Source of the DNA: Obrimoposthia wandeli
Lineage: Eukaryota
Assembly (NCBI GenBank): GCA_977020255.1
Contig: CDROCS010000755.1
Location: 62,001-126,000, forward strand
DNA: 64,000 nucleotides
Reading direction: 5' to 3'
A model generated the notes under the pieces. That model was not told where the DNA came from. It saw only the letters and a program-made list of their open reading frames with translations, and did no database searches. Position 1 is the first letter of the stretch. Each line of letters begins with the position of its first letter. Both the position numbers and the translations under genes were made by a program. Positions 1 to 13,329 of this stretch are shown here, piece after piece.

Positions 1-1139
1 TTTTAAATAGTTAATATTAAAGTTTTATATTTTCTGATTAAATAATTTAGTTATTGAAATGAGTTTCAGTTTTATTTAATAATTTTGATTAATTTTCAGA
101 CGATATTAATTTGAAGATACACATTATTTATTGTAGATACAAATAACATGTAAATAACGAAACAAAGTTAGTTGGGTAAAAAGAGCTTGATAACACAATT
201 AGAAGATATTTAATAAATAATTTAAATTTAATTTTTTCTGAAAAAGCGCTTAGACCGATAAGAACTAAATCAAACTTTTTCAAGAATTTTAATATTAACT
301 TATGTTACAAATGTTAATTAAATATGTGATTATCAGTTGATACAGTTCCCTTGTGAGTTCCAATTAGAAGGGAGTGTATATTGAAGCATGTAACTCTTAG
401 ACAATTTTTTGTATTCCAATTATTTGCCATTGAATCAGAAAACATTTCTCTCCCAATTTTAGAAATGATGAAATTAAAAATCAAATCAGGAAATTATCAC
501 ACTTAATCCAAATCTATCTTCCAATTTCCATTTGCTGAATATCTTTCAAATGGCAATTTTTATTTTTGTTTACGGTCACAATTACAATATAAAGATATTT
601 GATAAAATGGTAACAAACAGAATAAAAAATTGAAAATATTTTGCCATTATCAGGCAAGTGCACAGGTTAACTCCCCTGTACTATTTTTAATACTATTTCT
701 TTGTGTAATGTTATTATTACAAAGAAATTTTTGTCTGTATACATAATATTTATTGTATGATTATAATTCAAGTAGATAATTATATCATAGAATTTTGTTT
801 AAATGACAACAAATTAACAGTAAATCATATAATTATTAAAATATGTAGATACATAATATACCTGATATTCTAGATCAAGTTTCTCGATTTTTACCAAGAT
901 GGGTTCGCATATGTTTATGCAAATTTAATACCTTTTGTCTCTTTGTAGTCATTTAGTATTTGTATTTTCTCTCAAAGCTTTAACATACATCTAACTTATT
1001 TTCGCACAATTTCGTGTCATAAATAAAATCACTTTAAAGCTTTCAAATGTATTCTATAATAAGCTGTCCAATGTAACAGGTTTTACTGGTTTGTACAAGT
1101 GATTTATCTTGCCAGTGATACAATGCGATTCCTTGAATT

Positions 1140-1990
1140 AAGTTCTCTCGTTGATACAACCGACTCCCTCACAATTTCAACATATTAGTAGGTGGATGTG
1201 TCCAGTCTAATTTTGAGCTTTATTAATATCAAAAACAGGAGAAAGAACAATTATAAATAGTGAATACTTATCTTTGAAATCTATTATTGAAATACCAACC
1301 TTAGAATCCTAATCCAAACGTCTAGAATTTCTAATTAGAGATTGCATATATGAGAAAACATAATCATTATTGTCAAAGAAATTAAAATAAGTTTTTTGAT
1401 AATCAATATTATATGTATGTTTAATTGAACCTACATTCTTATGTTCAAATTGTAAAACTTCACCATAGATTGAAGTTTTCTGGAAAGCAATAAAAACAAA
1501 GTTTGAGAGTTGCATATCACCAAAACTCTGATCCATGTAATAAGAAAGAGCTTCTGTTGGGATAGTTGGAGAAACAAGGTTAATTTTTCTAATATGGCAA
1601 CATGCTTTTGCTTTTCTAGCCTCATTCGATAATCAATAAGTACAAATGATTCAACGTTTACTCTACAAACCAGAATCTTTGCTTCCATAATCTCAATCGC
1701 AAGTGTAACAGTATCAGCGCAAAGAACAATAAAAAAATATTTGGTTTCACTTAATTTATTTTGAGCACTTACATTCGATAAAAATACTTTGGTTGCTTAA
1801 AAATACAAATGGAGACTCCTGCACAGTGAAATTACTTTAGACTTTGCAATCCAAGCTTTTTACCAACTGTGTTATCATCAAATCTAATAACTTCAAGATT
1901 AATCAATTTCGTATCATTGTCATAATTATCATAATTATCATAAAACTAATTCACCTTCACAAAGAAAAAATACCAGTTTACAAATTATGT
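1140..1990 (-). pseudogene. Polinton/adintovirus major capsid protein, central/C-terminal fragment (inverted, degraded second copy)
   Basis: ORFs 1309..1536 (DQSFGDMQLSNFVFIAFQKTS...NDYVFSYMQSLIRN) and 1431..1688 (EAKILVCRVNVESFVL) align by eye to the MCP at 11300-11940 (DQIFGDMQLPNFVLIAFQNTS...NDYVFSYVQSLIRN; EAKLLVRRVKVEPSVL). Frameshifts and stops are present. Confidence 0.85.
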
Positions 1991-3646
1991 AATGAACTTA
2001 GTTGGGTACACTGTACATGACATATATGAATAAATATTGATATTTTATATTAGTATTTTTTTGAGTATAAAAAATCATAATCTAAACATGGGGTGAGATG
2101 ATAACGCGGTGATGTAAGGTGACATATCAGCGAAAGTAGGTATCCTCACACTACTTTCATATATAAGTAATACGATAAACTAATTTAGTATATTTTAACT
2201 AATATAATTTTTTTAAATATGTTTAATTTTATATTTATAATAAATTTAAATGTTTACTTCGTCTTAAATTAATTTTATTGATATTTATAATATTGTGCAC
2301 TTACCGACTAACTTATTATATCATATGATTTAAGTTTAATTTTGTAACGGGTTAACAAAAATATTGAATCAAATGATTTGGCATGTTAAAGGGTTAAATA
2401 CTATGTATTTTTCTCCTTGAGGATTTTATGACGACTTTATAGAATGCTACTGCATCTCAATATTTAAATATCGAAACATCAAAAAATACGAACGTATAAA
2501 TACTTTAGTTTGGTAACTTTTTCATTTTTGATCTTAACTTATAATAAATGAAAAATCATGAAGATAAGTATTTTCTTCAAATTAAGTGTTTAAACTTTAT
2601 ATTAAATTATGTATAACTTATCAATTGGGAAAATATTACAAAATATGAAATTTGTAAAGGAAAAATACTAACTTAATTCAAAATATTGCCAGGCTTTATA
2701 GTAGAAATTTATTTCTACAAAACCAAATTTTATTGTTTTAGAAAACTCATTTTTACATTGAATGAAATAAATTGAATTATTCTAACCAAAATATCCCATT
2801 AATATTTGTAACTCAATTCTACGTATATTTAGCGAAATAGTCTTCAAATTGCAGCTAAATCGTATCAGCACTTATATTAATTACATTTACTTTGAGGATA
2901 AACGTGAACTTGTCATAATCGCTTTTGTTATTTTTGAGCGTATTTTTGAATGAAAACTTTAACTAAAATATTCAATCAATTTAAGCGTAATTTTGGCTGC
3001 CAGGTCATATTTTGAAAGCTTTTTTATTGAAAATTTGTCATATTTGGACGAATAATTTCCTGTTAATATTTTTTACCGTATTTTTATCTTAAAACCTTAA
3101 AATAAGTTAAAATAATGCCCTGCATTCAGAACCGTAAGCATCTTTCAAGAATAATATAACATAGGCAAACATTTTAGAAGGACTATATGGATTCTAAAAG
3201 GCAAACCAACAAAATAGAAGAAGCCAAGCCGTACCCATTAAGTGTGTATTTTCTTGATGATGCCATGAGGGCTAATAAAAGAACCTAACACATCTTTGAT
3301 CTTTAGATATGATAAAAACATTCATTCCACTTGAGTAAAATATAATAAATCCATGAGTTTTGTTACACTGTGCGGCCGCATGTTGGACACGAGCTCATGT
3401 AAAATAATTTGTCAATAAATACAGCTTGACTCAAAATTGGTAAGCGCATTTTGCCATTTATTTGTAGAATTTGCAGCCAAAGAAAGACTTAACGATGGCA
3501 TTGGTGTCAACTAATAGATTGTGCTGTCTCTACCACCTACTGGATTGACTGAATTTTAGAAGTGGTTGTCCATGGATGATGGTGCTGTTGTGGCTCCAAA
3601 GATGTAAGAAGACAGGCTCATTCATGACATTCTACAGTGTTATAAG

Positions 3647-5960
3647 TGTTAGGTTTAGGTTTTGAAATAAATTAAATAATTAATTGATTTTATAGTGAAA
3701 TAGAAATCCTTGAAAGCAAGGTTATAATTAAATAAATTTAATATCAAAATTAAAATTGATGAGATTAAAATTGTAATAAAATATTTAAGGACCACGAAGG
3801 TCGTGTGTGATGCGTAAGTATTTATAGAAGTTAACGTTAACCAAAAGGGCCCCCAAAATAGATATAGCCACAAATCGAAAAAGTTAATTGGGAAGAAAAG
3901 TTTGGGAAGAAAGAAGTTTACCATAAAAAGAAAGCACTTAATTTACGCCAGACAAGAAACCCATTTACGCCATTAGCGCTATCGGAATTAGCCATCCTAA
4001 TCCAGTCCGAGCAACAGGAAGACGCTGGGAACTCATCACGTTTGGAGGTAGGCGAAATTAAACTAAGTGCAGTTTAATTATTTTCCAGGAGAAATCGATT
4101 GGGAAGAAATCGTCTGAATACAGACAGAACCCATTAGTGCATTCTTACACGGACACACATAAACGAAAGGCAAAACTTATTTAAAAGAAAGGAAATTGGA
4201 AAATTCATTAGTCGGAGAAAATTATAAGTAGCAGTCTCTTGCAAAGAAAAGGAGAAAAAGGACGAAAAAGAATATTCACGGAAAAAAGGTGAATAACGCG
4301 ATTTCGTGGAAATTATTCATCTTTTGCAGTTCGACACAGAAAGGAGAACAGCGAGCAAGAAGCCGAGACGGAGCTATTCGGAACCAGGAAATTGTCTCCG
4401 TGCAACCAGAAGTATCGGACCAAAAATAGCGGATTAACTCGGGACCAGAACAATTGTCCCCGTGGAAACACCGCAGCACCGGACACCCGCTATCTCAAGC
4501 TAGGAGCTTGCAGGATCTCGAAAGCATTTGGATTGGATTGGTGAGAGTCAGAGTGGACTATTTATTGAAATTGATCATTTATTTAAACTTGTTTTCCATT
4601 GAATATTAATTGAAATTGATCATTTATTAAACTTGTTTCCCATTGAATATTAGTTGAAATTGATCATTTATTAAACTTGTTTCCCATTGAAATTTATATT
4701 TATTGAAATTGATCATTTATTTAAACTTGTTTCCCATTGAATATTAATTGAAATTGATCATTTATTAAACTTGTTTCCCATTGAATATTAATTGAAATTG
4801 ATCATTTATTTAAACTTGTTTCCCATTGAATTTTATATTAAAATTGTTTCCCATTGAATTTTATATTTAACTTGTTTCCCATTGAATATTAATTGAAGTT
4901 GATAATTTATTTAAACTTGTTTCCCATTGAATTTTATATTAAAATTGTTTCCCATTGAATTTTATATTTAACTTGTTTCCCATTGAATATTAATTGAAAT
5001 TGATCATTTATTAAACTTGTTTCCCATTGAATATTAATTGAATTTGATCATTTATTTAAACTTGTTTCCCATTGAAATTTATATTTATTGAAATTGATCA
5101 TTTATTTAAACTCGTTCCCATTGAATTTCATATTTAAACTTGTTTCCCATTGAATATTAATTGAAATTGATCATTTATTAAACTTGTTTCCCATTGAATA
5201 TTAATTGAAATTGATCATTTATTTAAACTCGTTTCCCATTGAATTTTATATTTAACTTGTTTCCCATTGAATATTAATTGAAATTGATCATGTATTAAAC
5301 TTGTTTCCCATTGAATATTAATTGAAATTGATCATTTATTTAAACTTGTTTCCCATTGAATATTAATTGGAATTGATCATATATTTAAACTTATTCTCAT
5401 TCCGAAATTTTAATTGAAAGTGATTCTCAGCGTATTAAATTAGAAAGACTCTATAAAGTAGAGCACAATTGAATATTAATTTAGAGAATCAGATCATTAC
5501 CAAAGAGTTTGATTAAGGAAGTTGACTAAACTCAATCCCTATTTTAGAGCAACCAGCTCTCCAAAATCTATACCCTTGCACTTAACCACAGTTCAGAGTC
5601 GAGACTCTGGTAACTAACCCACTCAAAGTAAAATCGATGCGTGGCTCATCCCCACTTGTGTAGAGACTTACAAAAGTCTTAGGAATTTACTGTAACTTTT
5701 TAGAAATACGTACGTAAACGTATTGCTTTGTGTTAGTCTAGTGTGTTAACAATAAACGATTTCCTACATTAGAAAGCATTGTTCTAAACCCTTCAGATTA
5801 AGAGACAGACAGAAAACAAACACCTTCAGATAAGAATTGAGACAGGCAACTATAACATTAAGTAGGCCACAACCATCCTTAAGTCCTGCTTCTATAAGAA
5901 CTCACGTTGGGGCCCTCCACTTTCAAGAGGATCTATAAGTTTCATATAGAAACCCCAACA
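3647..5960 (+). mobile_element. Long solo-LTR-like element, copy A (2.3 kb, non-coding)
   Basis: Starts TGTTAGGTTTAGG and ends GAAACCCCAACA. Flanks TAAG/TAAT form a 4-bp TSD with one mismatch. End blocks are shared with 37269-38779, 53953-54127 and 60513-62313, and an AATAAACGATTT block is conserved with the 60.5-62.3 kb copy. Confidence 0.75.
4560..5415. repeat. Minisatellite inside LTR copy A (~45-bp units with ~29-bp deletion variants)
   Basis: Repeated core AAACTTGTTTCCCATTGAATATTAATTGAAATTGATCATTTATT read directly from sequence. Confidence 0.95.
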
Positions 5961-7322
5961 TAATGAAACCAAAGCGGGTGATGACGATTATAAGAAAGAC
6001 ATGTAACTTTTCCTTGTTCGGTTACAATGTAGCCTTCAAAATCTTGGATTCAGTGACATGCAGGTTATTGGCAGTCAATTTTTAGATGATAACACTCACA
6101 ATGTTTGTATGCTGTCATAAACAATGACCATTCGGAAACACAGCCTTCTTGGTAATTCGGTGATTTTCGTTTCCTCGGTTTAAAAATAAGTTGACTATTT
6201 AAGTTCTATGTGAAAATAGAAATAGGACCACTGATTAGTCAACTGCATACTTAGCCTGTCAGCATAGTTTTATCGGATGAACGATTCATTATAATTGAAA
6301 TCACATCTGAGATGAAGATAAAACAGAATAAAACCGAGCCGACTTAAGGTCAATCTTATCTAAGGAAATGGCAGTTGTTTTGAATGGCCGTTTTTCAGAT
6401 TTCTCGATGATGGAAACTGCGTTCAGTACGTAACACCACATTTCCCAAGTGTGGTCGACTTTTTGAGAAGGCAGTTTCAGCTACCTTACAGTTCCATGGG
6501 CATTCATAACCTATATACAGATATATAAACTATTTTAATATATATCGGCAAACGTAGAGAACATATAAGACAATTTCGTACCACAGTACTTATTATTCGC
6601 TTTACCATCATGGACTGAAACATCGACTTCTTAACCTGAAATATTCATAATTAATACAATGTCTTGAATATTGGCCTGCTTACCAATTTTCATCGAGAAA
6701 TTAACAATTTAAACTTACCCTCATCAATATATTACATGTATCCCACTAACTTCTAGATCACGTCCATATGGTATATAAAAGTGGTTCCCAAGTGAGGTGC
6801 TGCGCCAAAATTTGGATTACACTAGATTAAACACCTCTGTTTTAAATTTACATGTCGAACATTATTATTCTGTCTAACATGTATATATGTTACAGGCCAC
6901 AATTGCATAATTCAACGTGAGAATCCAATCTCAATGCACGACATTAGTTAAAGTTCAGAAATAGATAAACACAGTATATAATGGCTAAAGATAAGTTTAA
7001 AATTAAATTGAACAGCAATTTATATAGTGCTGGAAAAAAGAAATATTAGTAAGCTTACTTAACTCCAAAATAAACCTCAAGAAATCTCTGAAACTACTAT
7101 TAATAGAATCATCTGCAGCATGATGGGAGAGAGTGTTTAGGAGTTATCGTAGAACAAGAGTATTTACGATCTAACTAAGCCTGGCATACGCATGAATTGG
7201 TCCTTAAAGCATAACATGATTCATATTTTTAGAATTAGACTTAACGCTTGTGAAAATCTATAATAACATTATAAGACACGCAGGCATAAATAAAGGAGAG
7301 CTTAGAAGTCCAGAACACAATT

Positions 7323-7793
7323 ATGATAGAGAAAGTCATTAATGGATTCAATGATAATTGGTCTGAGCGATTACAACGAAATGATGTTATTGTCATTGAT
7401 GATTTATATCAAGAAGCAAATAAAGAGAGTGATTTCAATAATTTATTCACTAAAATAGCACGACATCGTGAAGTAACTGTTGTTTTCATCACACAAAATA
7501 TATTTCATCAAGGAGGGAACCATAGAACTCGTAATTTAAATGTACATTACCTTGTTCTCTTCAAGAATCCACGTGATCAGACGGTTGTTGATTTTGTTTC
7601 AAGACAAGCTTAGTTGAATAATAGAAATTTCCTAATTGATTCATTTCAAGATGCAACTACTATTCCTCATGGATACATTTTTATTGATTTTACTCAAGAT
7701 TGTTCTGATGACTTTAGAGTTAGAACTGATATATTCAATCCATCAGGAATTACCGTCTATAAACAAACAAAGAAACCAGTTTCTCGAAGATGA
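7323..7793 (+). pseudogene. FtsK/A32-like DNA packaging ATPase (C-terminal half)
   Basis: Walker B VIVIDD, then FTKIARHREVTVVFITQNIF...YLVLFKNPRD. An in-frame stop at 7611-7613 is followed by DATTIPHGYIFIDFTQ...RVRTDIF. Walker A was not found upstream. Confidence 0.85.
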
Positions 7794-7831
7794 ATTTTTA
7801 AAAGGAAACTGTTAAACCTGAACTTAAAAAC

Positions 7832-8218
7832 TTGATTAAATCAGTTTTAAGTGCAAGGAAAATGGTTTCTCAAAAATCAAATAAGAAAAGAACTGTTGTT
7901 AAGAAATCTAGGAGTATTGCCTATTTCAATTCTCTCATGCGTGCACCTGCTATTCGCCGCCCAGCTATTCTTAGATCATTCCCTACTTTTGTAATTGATG
8001 ATTTACTTAATATGATACAGAAAATAGTTTCTGGTAAAATAATTGTCAAGGCTAACATGAATCGGCATAAGAAACCTATACTTGCTTTGTTTCATGCGAA
8101 AACACGAATCGGTAAACGTAAGTTGATTTATAAGCAAAGTGGTGAATTTTTAGGATTTCTCGTACCAATTATTAGCTCAATAGTTGGTGCACTTGCTAAT
8201 AGACTAATAAAAAGATGA
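7832..8218 (+). CDS. Small conserved Polinton ORF with C-terminal amphipathic motif (gasderminX-like in adintovirus nomenclature)
   Basis: Basic N-terminus and C-terminal KQSGEFLGFLVPIISSIV, matching the QxGGFL-hydrophobic motif of small adintovirus ORFs. It sits between the ATPase and the integrase. Confidence 0.6.
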   Translation: MIKSVLSARKMVSQKSNKKRTVVKKSRSIAYFNSLMRAPAIRRPAILRSFPTFVIDDLLNMIQKIVSGKIIVKANMNRHKKPILALFHAKTRIGKRKLIYKQSGEFLGFLVPIISSIVGALANRLIKR

Positions 8219-8245
8219 TTATAAACATAAATTCGAATCAATAAT

Positions 8246-9344
8246 ATGAATTTATATATGGGATCACTTCCATCTATTCCTAAATTCAATATAAAAATAA
8301 AATCGTCTTGTTGTAATGGAGAAAATATGGTTCGATCTAAGTCATCTCGTTGGTTACACAGGGGTTTCAAAATTAGCAAAAGAAACAAAGAAGGGGAAAA
8401 AAGAAACTCAGGCGTGGTTGAGAAATCAATTAGCTTACAGCTTAAACAAACCAATGAGACGTAGGTTCCAAACGAGATCATACAAAACGAGCAGCCCGAA
8501 TGATTTATGGCAAGCAGATTTGATGGAAATGATTCCGTATGCGAGTATTAACGGTGGACATCGATCTATTTTAACTTGTGTTGATGTCTTTAGCAGATTC
8601 GCGCGAGCTATTCCATTAAAGTCTAAGTCTGGTATCGATGTTTAAGCCGCAATGAAGCTTTTGATTAAAGAAATAAAACCAAGAAATTTCCAAACAGACA
8701 ATGGAAAGAAGTTTTATAATAAACATGTTAGTGCACTATTGAAAAAACATAATATTAATCATTACTCAGTATTTTCCCAATATAAATCTGCTTTAGTTGA
8801 ACGTTTTAATCGAACATTAAGAAATCGATTGAAAACGTATTTCACAAAGCAGGGAAATAAATCCTGGGTCACTGTTTTACCTCAAATAATACATGCATAC
8901 AATCATAGTGAACACTCATCATTAGACCGAAAGAGACCTGTTGATGCTACAGATGAGAATTCTATGGAAATTTGGTAACACCGTAACCAAAGTCAAGTTG
9001 TAAAGAAATCCAAGTAAAAAGTTGGTGATTATGTACGTATTTCTCAAATTAGTACTACTCCTTTTATAAAGAATTTCAAAGAGAATTGGAGCGATGAAGT
9101 ATTTCGTACAACTAAAACTGATAATAAACATTTGCTGGTAATGTATTTCATTGAAGATGAGAGCAATAATGTTATCACGGGTAAATTTTATCATGAGGAA
9201 TTACAAGTCTTACCTGAGAAACCAAATGTATATAGAATTCAAGAAATCTTAGAGACAAAAGGGAGAGCAAAGCATAAACAATATCGTGTTAAGTGGCATG
9301 GATATGCTGAACCTAGTTGGATATTAGCTTCTCAAATAGAATGA
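8246..9344 (+). pseudogene. Retroviral-type (rve) integrase with C-terminal chromodomain
   Basis: LWQADLMEM, ILTCVDVFSRFARAIPLKSK, FQTDNGKKF, KSALVERFNRTLR, and chromodomain-like QYRVKWHGYAEPSWI, split over several frames by frameshifts and stops. Confidence 0.93.
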
Positions 9345-10362
9345 ACTCAATATATGTTGTATTACCAAGTAATGGTTGGCCATTAACTCAGCCGAATAAT
9401 ACTGCTAATAGTTTTAGTATTGATTATCAAAGCTCAATCAATTTACCTGGTGCTTGGGAAGCTGCTCTTACGGAATTTTCTTTCAATTACTCTCCTCTAT
9501 ATATTCAAAGTAAAACTGAGATTGAATATATTACTCAACAAGAAGCTGATAATGTAACTGATGTCACTTTACTATTTGATAAGGGTCAAATGGATTTTGC
9601 TCGTATTAAGGCTGGCGATGATTTCACAATCTTTTTAAATAAAGAGAATCGAATTCAAATTATAGGAAAAGGGGATAATTTTGAAATAGTTTTTAGTGAT
9701 GAGATTGTTGCACAACAATATGGATTTTCAACTAACGTTGAAAAAGGAAAGCATGTGGTTTCGGGAATTATGGATAAACACATCAAGTATCCGATAATTA
9801 CATTCAAGATAAAAAGCAGATTCACTAATAGCGAGAGGAAAATATATTCAGTTCCCAATGAATTTCTTTTCCCGATAGGGAAAGCATGTGTAAACATTTT
9901 AAAACAGTGTTACCAAATGTATTTGAAAACTTTAAACTAGTTAATAAATTGATTCATTTCAAATTGAAATCCAATACTGTTAAAGTTGTCATGGATAAAT
10001 CATTAGCTTCAATTATCGGTTTTGATGAAAATGAATTTGAAAATAAAAATGAGGTTTTCAAAGCAAAGATTATTCCTAAAATTACTAATGCATATAATTA
10101 GATTTATATCTACACGAGTATTACTGAACCAATATTTGTAGGAGCAAGTAAACTTGCCTTAATAAAAGCAATTTTGGTTCAACATGAAAAGCACACGTAT
10201 GGTGATGTTATACATATTCCAATTGAAAATCCAATGTATATTCCAGTGAGTTCTTCTTCTATAAACAATATTGAAGTTAATATACGTAATGATTCTGGAA
10301 GATTAATTACATTTGCTTACGGGGCTAAAACAAGTTTAACGGTTCATTTTCGTAAATTATGA
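9341..10362 (+). pseudogene. Minor capsid protein (penton, PX)
   Basis: N-terminal MNSIYVVLPSN...NNTANSF...WEAALTEFSF and C-terminal NPMYIPV...INNIEVNIRNDSGRLITF...LTVHFRK are typical Polinton penton ends. Frameshift near 9900. Confidence 0.85.
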
Positions 10363-10713
10363 TTGATTCAAGTATAATCGATGCGTATAGTAAACCGATG
10401 CAAGGGATTTTTTGTGGGAAAATAGTATGGATCAGGGTGGTTGAATGTTTTTGGTCGTATTTCTTTCCCACTACTCAAGCGACTCGAGAAATTTATTGCT
10501 AATGTTGAATCAAAATACTTGTCTGGTGATGAGAAATTTCTTCCCACACTAAAGGATGCAGCTTTGGATCAGGTGAATGAAATTTCTCCAATTCTAGCTG
10601 AATTTTTGAAAAAGAAAACTCAAAATGGAAGTGGTTATAAACGTAAGAAAACATCTAAAGCATCGGGTATAAACAAACGTTTGAAACTAGGTGGAACAAT
10701 TTTAAGTTATTAG
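10359..10713 (+). pseudogene. Small basic Polinton ORF with QxGxG motifs (putative core protein)
   Basis: Motifs YGSGWLNVFGR and QNGSGYKRKK. Located between the penton and hexon genes; frameshifted at the 5' end. Confidence 0.55.
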
Positions 10714-11938
10714 TTGTGCTAAAACTGAATCGTGTATATTCGATAAACCTATACCTCAGGTTGTGGTTGATAGTGCTAGTTTTGAAGAAATTTTTCCAAC
10801 AAATACGGTTAACGGGACATATTCTCCAGATTTAGAATTCAATATAAATGGATCCAATACTCAATATCTTGATTTGAATGATAGTTTACTTCTCGTTAAA
10901 TTGAAAGTTACAAAGAAAGGAGGAGGTGATTTAGATGATGATTTGGATATCAAATCAGCTAATTACATGTTGGATACTCTTTTCAAGGATGTGATTCTCA
11001 GTCTCAATAATGTGAAAGTTGAGGGAAATAATACTAGTTACACCCATAAAGCAATGATTGAAACATTACTGAATTACGGTAATGATACGAAATTGATTAA
11101 TCTTGATGCAATTGGGTTTGATGATGATGAAAAAAGAAGAACTGCTTCGATTGCAAAGTCTAAAGTATTGTCCCTTTGTGGGAGTCTCCATTTGAATTTC
11201 TTTAAGCAACAAAAGTATATTTTACCCGGTGTAAGTGCACATATTCGAATGAAGAGAAATGTAGTAGGTTTTAGTGTTGTTTGCGCCGATACTATTAAAG
11301 CAGCAATTGAGATTACGGAAGCAAAATTGCTGGTTCGTAGAGTAAAGGTGGAACCATCTGTACTCGTTGCAAAACGAATAGGGTTGGAGAAGCAAAATGC
11401 ATGTTATCCTATTAGAAAAACTAATCTTGTTTCTCATGCTATCCCTACGGGAGCACTATTTTATTACAAGGATTAGATATTTGGTGATATGCAACTTCCA
11501 AACTTTGTTTTAATTGCTTTCCAAAACACTTCTACCTATTGAGGAGAGTCTAAAAATGAGGTTTCTCAATTTGGACACATGAATGTGAGTTCAATTAAAC
11601 TTGCACGAAATATTGATTATCAAGAATCTTATACGAATTACTTTGAAAATAATGATTATGTGTTTTCTTATGTGCAATCTTTAATTAGAAATCTTGGTCA
11701 TTTGGATAAGGATGCTAATATTGGAATTTCAATGACTGATTTCAAGAACAAGTATACACTGTTCATATTTGTTCTCTCTCCTGATTTCGATATTAATCAA
11801 GCTCAAATCCCTAAACAGGGAAATTTGAAAGTAGAAATCAAGTTTTCAAAAGCACTTGAACATCCTACTAATATTATAATCTATGGAGGATTCGATTCTG
11901 AGGTTCAAATTACCAAGGGAGAAACAGTGCTAGTATAA
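10713..11938 (+). pseudogene. Major capsid protein (double jelly-roll, PY)
   Basis: EFNINGSNTQYLDLNDSLLLVKLKV, LFKDVILSLNNVKV, LHLNFFKQQKYILPGV, QGNLKVEIKFSKAL, IIIYGGFDSEVQI. In-frame stops at 11474-11476 and near 11540. Confidence 0.9.
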
Positions 11939-11999
11939 ACAGAATGAAAACAATAAAGAAGATATAAATGAAGTAAGTCAGTTTGAATTAATTAATTAA

Positions 12000-12310
12000 T
12001 ATATAATCTAGTTCGGACGAAATAACAAAAAGCGGAAGAAAACTACTCGGTTTGCGTTTCAATGGAGTCTACAGTCTTGATCATATACCCTCTTTGACTC
12101 GTTTAGGTGGATATGTAATCAATACACATTCATCTAATTTGCGTGGTGAACATTGGATTGCAATACATGTTAAAGAAAATGAAATCTTTGTTTTTGACCC
12201 CTTTGGGATATATTACCCTTCTAAATTAGTATCTACAGTACTTAACTCTGAAAGAAAGTACATTTTAGTAAGAAACATTATCAAAATGTTTTAACACAAT
12301 AGACAACTCT
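12000..12310 (+). pseudogene. Adenain-like cysteine protease (truncated)
   Basis: FNGVYSLDHIP...YVINTHSSNLRGEHWIAIHV...VFDPFG carries the catalytic His and the acidic residue region. The Gln/Cys motif is lost after a frameshift. Confidence 0.85.
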
Positions 12311-12375
12311 GTCTGCTTTGGTTATAGCATAAACTATAAATATAAACAATATCAAATAAAATTATTGCTATAAAA

Positions 12376-12883
12376 ATGTCTGTTTATTTAATTGATTTTG
12401 AAGCTTTTATTGATAATAATACTGAGTTTGTAATAAAGGAACTATGTATAATGGATGTGGATGCAATCTTCTATCCTAAACATTATGTTTTTAAAATGCA
12501 ACCCATATGGAGTATGATGAATAAAAAATCAAGAAAAATAAATAGATTTCATTAAGCATTACCATCGACTAAAACTAGTTGATGGTAATAGTTATTTCAA
12601 GATACAAGAAATAACTGAGGAAATAAAACGTTGTTGTTATGTATCCAAATCAATTATCTTGGTTTTGGATGAGTATAATGGAGCTAAAATAAAACCAATC
12701 AATAAATATTTTCTTGAATTTAGAGTGATAAATTACTCGAAAACATTAAAACAATTAAATCCATCAAATATCAATTGTCCATATATTAAACATGGCGATC
12801 ATTGTGCATACAAGAAATGCTTTGCAGCTAGTTTGGATTATTTAAATATTAATGAAAAATCAACTACTCACATTAATCAGTAA
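12376..12883 (+). pseudogene. Conserved Polinton ORF (DFEAF...FVIKEL motif; Cys/His-rich C-terminus)
   Basis: MSVYLIDFEAFIDNNTEFVIKELCI at 12376, frameshift, then CPYIKHGDHCAYKKC. Function unknown; the motif recalls DEDD-exonuclease-like ORFs of Polintons. Confidence 0.5.
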
Positions 12884-13329
12884 ACTATTTTCAATACTGA
12901 TTAGATTTAAATAATAAATGAATCTGGTTGGTTTAAATAATGCATGAATCTGATTGGCTTAATATTAGCTCGAAAATAGTATATAAGCAAGCATCAATCA
13001 ACAAATAACTCTCTATTATAAACGAAATTGAAAATGGTAAGTTTCTTGTTATTTTTCTGATAATTTATTATTTTCTAGAATTGCGACATGAATAAACGAC
13101 TATGCTTCAAGGAGAGTCACAAGGAATGTGACTGGAAAATGAAGAGTTACTTTGGGCAGAAGTTTAATGGACAACTATTCTACGTCTGCCAGTATGTCTC
13201 TTCGTGGAGGAGATTGATTGGGTGGAGTTTGTGGCGCGTCATCGTGTCCATCTTCGCCATTTTCAGCCACGTGACAAGAAGGCCATCTTCCAGGATAGAT
13301 CTCACATGACTGCTTCTCCTGCTACTATT

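Noticed and set aside
3647-3660. TTAGG telomeric repeat
   Set aside because: Only two imperfect units, forming the LTR 5' terminus (same at 60513).
6390-6530. GC-richer exon-like stretch upstream of the ATPase
   Set aside because: No recognisable motif in either strand and no consistent splice partners, so it is left unannotated.
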